A stretch of 46,918 nucleotides of DNA, taken from Candidatus Bathyarchaeia archaeon (GTDB lineage Archaea; Thermoproteota; Bathyarchaeia; TCS64). The DNA is taken from positions 1 through 46,918 of the forward strand of contig JBEKDF010000022.1 in assembly GCA_050014495.1 (NCBI GenBank), written 5' to 3'. Positions 21,009 through 29,591 of the stretch are shown piece by piece. The position numbers and the translations under genes were made by a program. The notes under the pieces are model-generated. The model did no database searches. It was not told the origin of the DNA and worked only from the letters and a program-made list of their open reading frames with translations. Every line of letters starts with the position of its first letter. Positions within the stretch are counted from its first letter, which is position 1.

Positions 21009-21746
21009 TTGGCGCTCTACAAAACCATGAAACAGAGCATCGCTAAAGTAATGGAAGAATACGATGTTGTAGATCTTACACATACCTTGGAGGAGCAGAT
21101 GCCTCGCCCACAGGTGCCATACGGCCACGTACCATGGAAGTCAGAGGCAGTCGGTGACCGCTTCAACACCTATATGCTTGTAGTCTTCGAACACACTGGA
21201 ACCCATGTAGACGCTCCGATACACCTCGCCGGCATACATGGAGCGACCATCGACAAAGTTATGCTCGACAGGTGGATGGGACCAATAAACTGCCTAGACA
21301 TGACCCACAAGGGGGAGCGTGAGTTCGTCATCCGTGCAGAAATCCAGGATTGGGAGAAGCGTTTCGGAGTCATCGAGGAAGGGGATATCGTCCTCCTCAA
21401 CTTTGGGTGGGAACGCAACTGGCGAGTCCCCAGTGGAATAGAGAAGCAACCCTATCTAAAGAATAATCCAGGTCTCCACCCTGATGCTGCTCTATATTTA
21501 GCCGAGAGGGGGGTCAAACTCGTTGGTGGAGATATTCCAACAATTGACTCTGACGCTGAGCCAGACGAACCCTCCCACAGCGTTCTCCTCCCAAGGGGTA
21601 TCCTCATACTAGAAAACGCCTCGAATCTAGACCGGGTGCCCCCAAAAGGAGCCTACCTAATAGCCCTGCCCCTCAAGATCGGTGAAGGCACAGGCTCTCC
21701 AACAAGGGCAATTGCACTTGTGCCAAAAAACCCTACTCACAAATGA
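21009..21746 (+). CDS. Cyclase family protein (kynurenine formamidase-like)
   Basis: HTGTHVDAPIH, ILEN and PLKI..GTGSP.RA motifs. Confidence 0.9.
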   Translation: MALYKTMKQSIAKVMEEYDVVDLTHTLEEQMPRPQVPYGHVPWKSEAVGDRFNTYMLVVFEHTGTHVDAPIHLAGIHGATIDKVMLDRWMGPINCLDMTHKGEREFVIRAEIQDWEKRFGVIEEGDIVLLNFGWERNWRVPSGIEKQPYLKNNPGLHPDAALYLAERGVKLVGGDIPTIDSDAEPDEPSHSVLLPRGILILENASNLDRVPPKGAYLIALPLKIGEGTGSPTRAIALVPKNPTHK

Positions 21747-21790
21747 TAAGCGTCTGAATCTAACTTAAATCTCGATACACCTGAGTTAGA

Positions 21791-22261
21791 TTGAGGACAA
21801 TGTTCGACCCTGTGTTCAGCAAGGTGCTAGTCGCATACGACGGCTCAGACCCGTCAAAGAGGGCCCTCGACCACGCGGCGAAAATGGCAGCTATGTTCGA
21901 GGGGGAGCTTGTCATACTAACAATCGTCCCAAAGGTTTCCGTGCCGGTCTATTCGAATGCAGAGCTCGGCGCACAGGCGATGGACATCGCAAGCCTCCAG
22001 GAGCGTATGCGTGAGAACTATACTCAATCCATTAAGAAGGCGGAGGAGGAGATACTGGGTCTATACCCACACCTTAAAGTCGATACGATCCTCGCAGAAG
22101 GACGCCCCGCTTCCGTAATAGTTTCTGAAGCTGACAAACTTGGCGTCAGTCTCATAGTCATGGGCAGCAGGGGACTTGGAGGAATCACCGGGTGGATACT
22201 AGGGAGCACAAGTCGCCAGGTGGTCGAACTCTGTACGAAGGCTATTCTGATAGTGAAGTAG
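21791..22261 (+). CDS. Universal stress protein
   Basis: VLVAYDGS and IVMGSRG...LGSTS motifs. Confidence 0.92.
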   Translation: MRTMFDPVFSKVLVAYDGSDPSKRALDHAAKMAAMFEGELVILTIVPKVSVPVYSNAELGAQAMDIASLQERMRENYTQSIKKAEEEILGLYPHLKVDTILAEGRPASVIVSEADKLGVSLIVMGSRGLGGITGWILGSTSRQVVELCTKAILIVK

Positions 22262-22335
22262 GGCTCATTTTCATCCCCATATCCTTTTAGGATAACCTTT
22301 AACACACCCGCTCGCGGGCTACAATACGAAAACCA

Positions 22336-23664
22336 ATGGTCCTGGAGAAGCTCGGTTCAAGCCTCTATGACGCCCTTCGCAAGGTGATCAGGGCACCAGT
22401 TGTTGACGAGGCCCTAGTGAAGGAGCTAATCCGAGATTTTCAGAGAGCCCTTCTCCAAGCCGACGTAAATGTTGCCCTCGTTATGCAGCTCAGCCAGAAT
22501 ATAGAGAAAAGGGCACTAAACGAGGAACTTCCGCCTGGGATAAGCCGCCGCGAACATGTAGTAAAGGTCGTCTACGATGAGCTAACAAGGTTCGTTGGAG
22601 AGAAGCAGGACGATATTAAGATCTTGCCTGGTCAACAGAATGTACTGATGCTTGTTGGTATTCAGGGTTCGGGTAAGACGACGACAGCAGGCAAGCTTGC
22701 ACGCTACTATCAGAAGAGGGGTCTTAAAACGGGGCTGATCACATGTGACACTTTCCGACCCGGCGCATTCAACCAGCTGAAGCAATTAGCGGAGCAGATC
22801 AAGGTCGATTTCTACGGAGAACTTGACAGTATGGATGCCGTCTCTGTCGCGAGACATGGTGTTGAACGATTCAAACTCTATGAGGTAGTAATTCTCGATA
22901 CCTCTGGGCGGCATAAGGAGGAGAAGGGGCTAATAGAAGAAATGCAAAAGATCGCTGCCGCAGTTAAGCCCCAGGAGATCATTCTCGTCCTCGACGGCAC
23001 CATAGGACAACAGGCCAGTTTGCAAGCTCAGGCCTTTATGGAGGCGACTCCTATTGGGAGTATAATAGTCTCAAAACTAGATGGCACTGCGAGAGGCGGA
23101 GGCGCACTCAGCGGTGTAGCTGCCACAGGCGCTCACATAAAGTTCATCGGGACTGGCGAAAAGATAGAAGACATAGAACCATTCGCCCCGGGCCGCTTTG
23201 TAGGTCGTCTCCTTGGTATGGGGGATATAGATGGCTTAGTAGCAAAGGTAAAGGAGGCTGAGATCCAGCCCTCGGAGAAGGACGTCCGCCAGATGATGAG
23301 TGGTAAGTTCAGCCTCCAAGACATGTATGACCAGTTTGAAGCGATGAGCAAAATGGGCCCTATTCAGAAGGTCCTAGGGATGATTCCTGGGATGAGCTAC
23401 CAGCTCCCCGAGGCAGACATGGAGAAAGCCGAGGAGCGCCTCGAGAAGTGGAAGGTAATAATCAGGAGCATGACGGTCGAGGAGAAAGATGATCCTAAGG
23501 TAATTAATTCGAGCCGCATGAAGCGCATAGCTCGCGGTTCTGGCACAAACGAAGCAGATGTTAAAGAGCTCATCAAGCAGCACGAAAACATGAAGAGGAT
23601 GTTCAAGCAGCTAAAGGGAAATCGCCGTCTAAGAAACATGCCACTCAAGATGTTCCAGCAGTAA
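22336..23664 (+). CDS. srp54: Signal recognition particle protein SRP54
   Basis: [35 protein letters not shown] and a Met-rich M domain with RIARGSG. Confidence 0.96.
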   Translation: MVLEKLGSSLYDALRKVIRAPVVDEALVKELIRDFQRALLQADVNVALVMQLSQNIEKRALNEELPPGISRREHVVKVVYDELTRFVGEKQDDIKILPGQQNVLMLVGIQGSGKTTTAGKLARYYQKRGLKTGLITCDTFRPGAFNQLKQLAEQIKVDFYGELDSMDAVSVARHGVERFKLYEVVILDTSGRHKEEKGLIEEMQKIAAAVKPQEIILVLDGTIGQQASLQAQAFMEATPIGSIIVSKLDGTARGGGALSGVAATGAHIKFIGTGEKIEDIEPFAPGRFVGRLLGMGDIDGLVAKVKEAEIQPSEKDVRQMMSGKFSLQDMYDQFEAMSKMGPIQKVLGMIPGMSYQLPEADMEKAEERLEKWKVIIRSMTVEEKDDPKVINSSRMKRIARGSGTNEADVKELIKQHENMKRMFKQLKGNRRLRNMPLKMFQQ

Positions 23665-24037
23665 AAGAAAATCTTGAATACGTTTCGCTGTTTCTCGCCA
23701 AAAATTAGGAAGATTCGACTCATCAAAGGTCAATCTAATGCATGATTTCACTCAGGTACTCGTCCCATAGTAGAATGTTTTGTGAAAAAAGCCGGCCTAC
23801 TTCTTACTGGGAAATGCATGAGGTCGGAGATCAGCCTAAGCATGAAAAAATCCTTTAGCTTAATCGGTTACCTCTTTGCCAAAAACCATTCACTAAGTTA
23901 AGTTTCTCTGTATTCTTTTAAAAAGCCCTCTAACTAGTGATGGAAAAATTAATAGAACTTATTCGATAGACTCTACCGGTCATTATTATAAAATGACATC
24001 CATTTAAGATAAAAATAAAGACCAAACTACCCTTCAA

Positions 24038-24054
24038 TACCGATACTATCGGTA
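24038..24054. promoter_or_regulatory. Perfect palindrome TACCGATA-C-TATCGGTA (operator-like)
   Basis: 8-bp perfect inverted repeat in non-coding DNA. Confidence 0.4.
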
Positions 24055-24190
24055 ACTCTAAGCTGATTTACCAAACAGACTGATATTTCTGCCCGAATGG
24101 GTACTGATATACTGATCACTCAGGTATAGGTCGGAAGAATAGGATAGTGAAAAAGGGGTTAGGTTAAGGTAGGTTACGGACAAAATTTCA

Positions 24191-24751
24191 TTAGTAACTT
24201 TTTGGAGACGGCATGTAGACTCCGTTGAAAAATATGATCACCCCAAGTGCCAGGTAAACCCAGAAAACTGCCTGTCCTCTTAACCCACCCCCACGATACC
24301 AAGCAATCAGGAAAGCCAAGACGAAGACGAGCGAACCATCGAGTTCAACCAGGCCACTTAGCACCGCGAGATTCCCGAAGTACCCGTGGAAGGGGAGCCA
24401 CCCTAGGAATCCGAGGTTCGTGATGATGCTGTCCTTCAACAAAGTGCCGAAGAGAAACAAGTATGGTATGAGGGTGCCCCAGCCGTGCCTCCTATCTCTC
24501 TCGAGTACGCTAATTAGGGTCATCGAGAGTCCGGTGAGGAGTGTCGTGAATATTGTGAAAAAGAATGGATCCATGATAATCCCAACTGGCCAAAGGAAAA
24601 TCTGTAAACCGATCAGGGATTCTAGTCCACGCAGTGAGAAGATGAAGAAGGGTAGAATTGCGAGGATTACCAGAGTTAAGCCTGTGAATAGGATGATTCT
24701 GTTGACTTGATTTTGTTTGGTCGCCTCAACAGGTCTGCTCATGTCTCCCAC
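24191..24751 (-). CDS. Hypothetical integral membrane protein (about 5 TM)
   Basis: Strongly hydrophobic ORF; start may be the ATG at 24742. Confidence 0.7.
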   Translation of the reverse strand: MGDMSRPVEATKQNQVNRIILFTGLTLVILAILPFFIFSLRGLESLIGLQIFLWPVGIIMDPFFFTIFTTLLTGLSMTLISVLERDRRHGWGTLIPYLFLFGTLLKDSIITNLGFLGWLPFHGYFGNLAVLSGLVELDGSLVFVLAFLIAWYRGGGLRGQAVFWVYLALGVIIFFNGVYMPSPKSY

Positions 24752-24859
24752 TCGTTGATAGTTTATTTTGATTTTTCAATATAATATTGTTGTAGATTAA
24801 TTATCTCTCGCATCTATCCAGAAACTTTTTTATCTGATGATCTAGTAATGAGGTATAAT

Positions 24860-25040
24860 CGAGGCGTGGAGGTGACTCCACCGCCCAGGTAGACAGCCTG
24901 GGACTGTGACTACACGCCCCGACCCTTCTTCAGGTTCCCTAGATGTGGGCCCATCAAAGAAGTGGTTCCATCCCGCCAAGATTGACCTTTCTTGGACGAA
25001 GTGGCTCCCTTGAACTTACTGCTTTACCATCAGGTCAGTA
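24860..25040 (-). ncRNA. Candidate structured non-coding RNA (about 180 nt)
   Basis: Minus-strand TATA TTTATAAG at 25066-25059, several stems with G-U pairs in this orientation, no credible ORF. Confidence 0.5.
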
Positions 25041-25084
25041 GTAGTATAACTAGTATTACTTATAAAGCTTCTCATCGTTGAGTA

Positions 25085-25117
25085 TTTACAAGTGTGAGAA
25101 TAGGTTTACAAATGTGA
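25085..25117 (+). repeat. Direct repeat TTTACAARTGTGA x2, 20-bp period
   Basis: Copies at 25085-25097 and 25105-25117, between the divergent ncRNA promoter and the wHTH gene. Confidence 0.5.
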
Positions 25118-25378
25118 ACCATTGCCTATTATAGCGGTCTAATAGATATTAGGTTATAATGGAGATAGGTGATAAGTGATATGTGATAAGTGATAAGGTT
25201 GTTAGGGTTATTAAGGCTGTTATAGTTGTTAATGTTGTTAAGGTGATATGATATGAGGTACATAGGGTGATATGGTATGAGAGAGAGCGCAAAGGCCTAA
25301 GGTTAAAATGGACATGCCACTACTAACTAATGTAATAATATTTATATTACCATTGATTCTACTATTATTTGAAATGCC

Positions 25379-25711
25379 ATGGCTATAGATGAAGAACAAA
25401 AGGTGTGGGTAGACGGAAAACTAGTATCAGTAACTGAACTAAAAGCGAAATATGGAGAGCTATCAGTTGCAGGAACACCAACAACCCGTCGTATAATTGA
25501 AGCCCTTGCGGTAGCTAAAAAGCCACTAACACGTTCAGACATAGCGAAGGCAGCAGCATTAGCATCACACCAATACGTAGCAGGCATCCTAAAAAAGCTA
25601 GCAAAGGATGGGTATGTGATGGAAATTGAAATGCCGGGAACGAATTATAAATATTATTTACTTACTGAAAAGGGGATAAAGGAGTTCGGTCACCAACAAA
25701 AACTAGGCTAA
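25379..25711 (+). CDS. Winged helix-turn-helix DNA-binding protein
   Basis: PLTRSDIAK...LKKLAKDGYV...YYLLTEKG wHTH signature. Confidence 0.8.
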   Translation: MAIDEEQKVWVDGKLVSVTELKAKYGELSVAGTPTTRRIIEALAVAKKPLTRSDIAKAAALASHQYVAGILKKLAKDGYVMEIEMPGTNYKYYLLTEKGIKEFGHQQKLG

Positions 25712-25864
25712 TTAGTTGAAATGGTCTGGCGCATTATCAGGCTTGCGCGCAGGTTCGAGCAAATGCTAGAAAGCAAACAGCCGGAAAAATCAACATAAAT
25801 AGGAAGCATTGCATTCATACACAAATTATTTACAAACGAATCGTTCTAAATCTATTCATCGCGG

Positions 25865-27235
25865 GTGAGGAATCTGGGAGAGGCTGCACGCGACCACCTG
25901 TTCATCAGCTACGCCACAGAGGACTCCATTCTCGCCGATTGGCTATCACTGAAACTGGCCTCAGAGGGCTACAACATCTGGTATGACCGCATCAAGATGC
26001 TGGGAGGCGAATCTTATCCCAGGGACATCACCAAAGCAATCAAGAACAAGACTTATCGAGTTATAGCCCTCCTGTCGAAGAGCTCAATTTCAAAGCCTAA
26101 TCCTGTCAAGGAGAGAACATTAGCCCTCAACATCGCGAAGGAGAGGGAGATAGAAGACTTCCTCATCCCCCTGAACGTTGATGGTCTTAAGCCAACCGAG
26201 CTTGACTTTATGACTTCTGACCTTGTATTCATCTCATTTTACAGAGGTTGGTACGATGGTCTTTCGAGACTGCTGAAGAAACTTGAGGAGATAAATACTC
26301 CCAAAAACCAAATCTCGGGTCGGGAAGCAATAGGCCAGTGGCTGTCGTCTGAGGAACTGCCAGCTAACAGGACTGAGACACAGTGGTCAAACCTCTTACC
26401 TATTCTGGAATTCCCTTCTGTACTCTGGAGATACAAGGTGGTCCCAGAAGTTAATGTCGAGTCCATCGAACCTGACTGGCTCGCTCATCGAGAATCGGAG
26501 AGTACAATCCTTGCTTTCAGTCAGCCGTCGAACGGCACACATGATTGGCTTAAGGAAGTCGAAGCAATTGACTACAGGAACTCGGATTCCATACCAGTCA
26601 AGGATCTTAGGCAAGCTCTAACGATGATACTAAGAAAGGGCCTCAGAAATCTCTGCATCCAAAAGGGGTTGCGTTGCGACGAACCAACAGGTCGCTTGTA
26701 CTTCCCACCTGAACTCCTTCCCAATAATCGATTGTCTTTCAACCGTTACGATGGAAAGAGCATATCCCTACAGGCTGTGGGGGAACGTAATTTTTGGGTG
26801 AGATCACAGGGGAGGGCATTCACCGAGACGTCTAGATATCACATATCGCCAGATTTCAGGTTCTTCCTGGATCTCCTCGGGGACCCCGTGCTTCGGCTCA
26901 GAATCGGTATATTTTGGACCGATCTAGAAGGCAGACCTCTTGAGGCGAAGAAGGCCAATCGACGAAGGAAGAAGCTCTGCAAGAACTGGTGGAATTATCA
27001 GTGGCTTTCACGGGTATTGGCTGTTACGCAATGGCTGGGTTCTGGACTTGATGAGGTTACGTTACTAGAGACCGACTCAGGAAGGCTGAGAGTGGGCCTC
27101 AAACCAGTTACATTCACTTCAGGATTTGGCATAGATGAAACTAAACTAAAACCACTCGAACCTGAAGTTGAGGAGGGTGTAATAGAAGACAACGAGGAGG
27201 GGTCGGAGGAAGATGCAGACACAGATTCAGCGTGA
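25865..27235 (+). CDS. SPARTA TIR-APAZ effector (NAD(P)+ hydrolase)
   Basis: TIR motifs LFISYATED, WLSLKL..GY.IWYD, catalytic Glu in VKE, FLIPL; APAZ C-terminal KNWWN.QW; overlaps the short pAgo gene. Confidence 0.92.
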   Translation: MRNLGEAARDHLFISYATEDSILADWLSLKLASEGYNIWYDRIKMLGGESYPRDITKAIKNKTYRVIALLSKSSISKPNPVKERTLALNIAKEREIEDFLIPLNVDGLKPTELDFMTSDLVFISFYRGWYDGLSRLLKKLEEINTPKNQISGREAIGQWLSSEELPANRTETQWSNLLPILEFPSVLWRYKVVPEVNVESIEPDWLAHRESESTILAFSQPSNGTHDWLKEVEAIDYRNSDSIPVKDLRQALTMILRKGLRNLCIQKGLRCDEPTGRLYFPPELLPNNRLSFNRYDGKSISLQAVGERNFWVRSQGRAFTETSRYHISPDFRFFLDLLGDPVLRLRIGIFWTDLEGRPLEAKKANRRRKKLCKNWWNYQWLSRVLAVTQWLGSGLDEVTLLETDSGRLRVGLKPVTFTSGFGIDETKLKPLEPEVEEGVIEDNEEGSEEDADTDSA

Positions 27236-28751
27236 ACTTGTATATCTGGGTGAGCCGTCCCTTGAGTTCCGATACTCGCAGAAGGTACTAGACCCTAAAG
27301 CAGGGCTCTCAATTTTTGGTCCATATGGCTCCGACCAACCTTCTCATCCTAAAAGTATTTCCTATGGGGTTGTGGGGACAAAGACTGGGGTCGAACTAAC
27401 CGGAAAGTTCATCGAGAAAATTAGAAACTCGATTGTCTCCGATCTGTTTTCAGACAACCCGCGCCTATGGCCAGTGTTTCCAGGATTCCAAGCTGCCTTC
27501 AACTCATCATTATCAGAGACGCCTACCCGAACCCATGAGGTCGATGAGACACAGCTAATCACATTTGCCTCGAACTATGACCCTAACAAGCGTGCCTTCG
27601 ATGTAACCAACCTCTACCTTGAGGGTATTAAGCACATCACGAATCCCGACGACCCACTTCGAGTGATCCTCTGCCCCGTTCCTGACGTAGTTTATCAGAA
27701 TTGCCGGCCGAAGAGCTTCGTGAGAGATGGAGTCGGGGATAAAGTCTCGTTTGAGGTCAGGAAGGAGAGGGCAGCAGGCCAGGTCGACCTGTTCAGAACG
27801 CTAGATCCCAGCAGGTCGTTCGATCCTAAGATGTACAGGTACTCGGTCGACTTCCGCCGCCAGATTAAGGCGAGGTCAATGAAATATGACGTTCCAATTC
27901 AGATCATCAAGGAGTCGACCTTGGAAACTAAGGAGTCGCAGAATAAATTCGAATCATCAGGGAAATCGCCACTATCCGATAGAGCTTGGAACATATGCAC
28001 TACGCTGTTCTACAAGGCAGGCGGGAAGCTCTGGAGGCTCAGCACAGCGAGAGAAGGCGTCTGCTACGTTGGGATAGTGTATCGCAGAACTGACCCTGTC
28101 ATCGGTGAAAAGACGGCCTGCTGTGCCGCTCAGATGTTCCTCGATACGGGGGATGGAGTTGTTATTAGGGGTGACTATGGTCCTTGGTTCTCCGAGGAGA
28201 AAAAGGAGTTCCACTTAACGAGAGAGGCTGCCCATAATCTTCTGTTCAAGGTACTGAACACTTACCAGGAATTAGAGGGTAAACCCCTCATGGAGGTCTT
28301 CCTCCATTACAGGGTGTGGATAAATGAGGAGGAGTACGAGGGCTTCAAGTCAGCGTGCCCCGATGGTGTGAAGCTGACTTGTATTCGGGTAAGCCAGGAA
28401 GACAATGAGGCTAGACTATACAGGGAGGGCACCAGACCGATACTCAGAGGAACCTTGTTGAAGATAAACGATAAACGTGCATATCTGTTCGCGTCAGGCT
28501 TCAAACCATTCCTTGGAACCTATGATGGATGGGAGACGCCGGTACCACTCAGGATTGATGTCCAATATGGAGATGAAAGTATAACACAAGTTGCAAAGGA
28601 TATCCTTGGCTTAACCAAGTTGAACTATAACGCGTGTAAATATGGTGATGCAAACCCGGTGACCATCGAATTCTCAAACGCGGTCGGTGAGATTCTAGTT
28701 TCTAACCCCGAACTTAAAGACCCTAATCCAAAATTCAAATACTATATTTAA
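27213..28751 (+). CDS. Short prokaryotic Argonaute (MID-PIWI), SPARTA type
   Basis: EP.L.F...DP..GL..FGP, FPGF, YKAGG..W.L, CCAAQMFLD.GDG, LTKLNYNAC and C-terminal FKYYI, as in characterised SPARTA pAgos. Confidence 0.95.
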   Translation: MQTQIQRELVYLGEPSLEFRYSQKVLDPKAGLSIFGPYGSDQPSHPKSISYGVVGTKTGVELTGKFIEKIRNSIVSDLFSDNPRLWPVFPGFQAAFNSSLSETPTRTHEVDETQLITFASNYDPNKRAFDVTNLYLEGIKHITNPDDPLRVILCPVPDVVYQNCRPKSFVRDGVGDKVSFEVRKERAAGQVDLFRTLDPSRSFDPKMYRYSVDFRRQIKARSMKYDVPIQIIKESTLETKESQNKFESSGKSPLSDRAWNICTTLFYKAGGKLWRLSTAREGVCYVGIVYRRTDPVIGEKTACCAAQMFLDTGDGVVIRGDYGPWFSEEKKEFHLTREAAHNLLFKVLNTYQELEGKPLMEVFLHYRVWINEEEYEGFKSACPDGVKLTCIRVSQEDNEARLYREGTRPILRGTLLKINDKRAYLFASGFKPFLGTYDGWETPVPLRIDVQYGDESITQVAKDILGLTKLNYNACKYGDANPVTIEFSNAVGEILVSNPELKDPNPKFKYYI

Positions 28752-28801
28752 AAAGGTACTACTAAAATTAATTTTTATACCAATAAACGATTTTAAAATC
28801 T

Positions 28802-29269
28802 ATGACATTTGAAGCGCGACTCACTCTCTCCGATTGTTCAGGAACCATTGCTGATATCGACATGTTGGACTATTCTGTTCTTAATGCAAATAGAAACGAA
28901 GTCAAATCGATATATTATTCCCCTTATTTTCCTGGAAACCCATATTTAGAAAGGGGAGTCGCATGGAATCCTGCGCACCCCTGTATGGGAAGTGGTTCAT
29001 TTTATATTGAGATGAATGACGGATCAACAAGGGTTCTTTCACCCATCTTATTCAAAGATGAAAATCCGAGTAAAAATCCAAATCATTTCGGAGGTTTAGA
29101 ACATTGGAATTTGGAATGTTGGGATTATACACAGGGAGATCAGCCAAAAAGAGTGAAATCAATTCCTGGTACTACTCTGCATCAACTTTCAAGAAGTGAT
29201 TGGGTTGATATTAATGTTATAACGAATGGTAAATCTGTGAAAAATCATATTTCATGGAGTGATTTGTAA
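28802..29269 (+). CDS. Hypothetical protein
   Basis: 155-aa ORF preceded by a TATA-like TTTTATA about 30 bp upstream; no recognised family. Confidence 0.65.
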   Translation: MTFEARLTLSDCSGTIADIDMLDYSVLNANRNEVKSIYYSPYFPGNPYLERGVAWNPAHPCMGSGSFYIEMNDGSTRVLSPILFKDENPSKNPNHFGGLEHWNLECWDYTQGDQPKRVKSIPGTTLHQLSRSDWVDINVITNGKSVKNHISWSDL

Positions 29270-29591
29270 AATAGATCCATAATTGAGGCAGCTTAAAGAG
29301 TGAATGCACGCGCATGACCAGATAAGGTTTAACTGCGAATTAAGACAACTCAAATTTGAGTCGGGGTAGCTAAGTGCGTGCCTTTGTCTACTATAATTTC
29401 TTTTACAGGTTTGCCATCGATGGTTGCATCACATGTATCTTTTGGTATTAAACTAAGTCACCTTCAAAAATAACTTAATACTATTTCTTAATATCGATCC
29501 ACTTCTAAACTCTTACACGATTTAATCGTTCTAGTGACTGTCAAATTTACCTGTAAACTTTAAGCTGTAAACGAAGTATGTAACTTAAGGG

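Noticed and set aside
24833..24945. CTGATGA (hammerhead or C-box) and GAACCTGA (TPP riboswitch) motifs
   Set aside because: Partner motifs (GAAA core; CUGAGA and P1-P5 layout) are absent.
24950..25010. GAAGTGG(T/C)TCC direct repeat as a mini-CRISPR
   Set aside because: Only two 11-bp copies and no cas genes; better explained as RNA modules.
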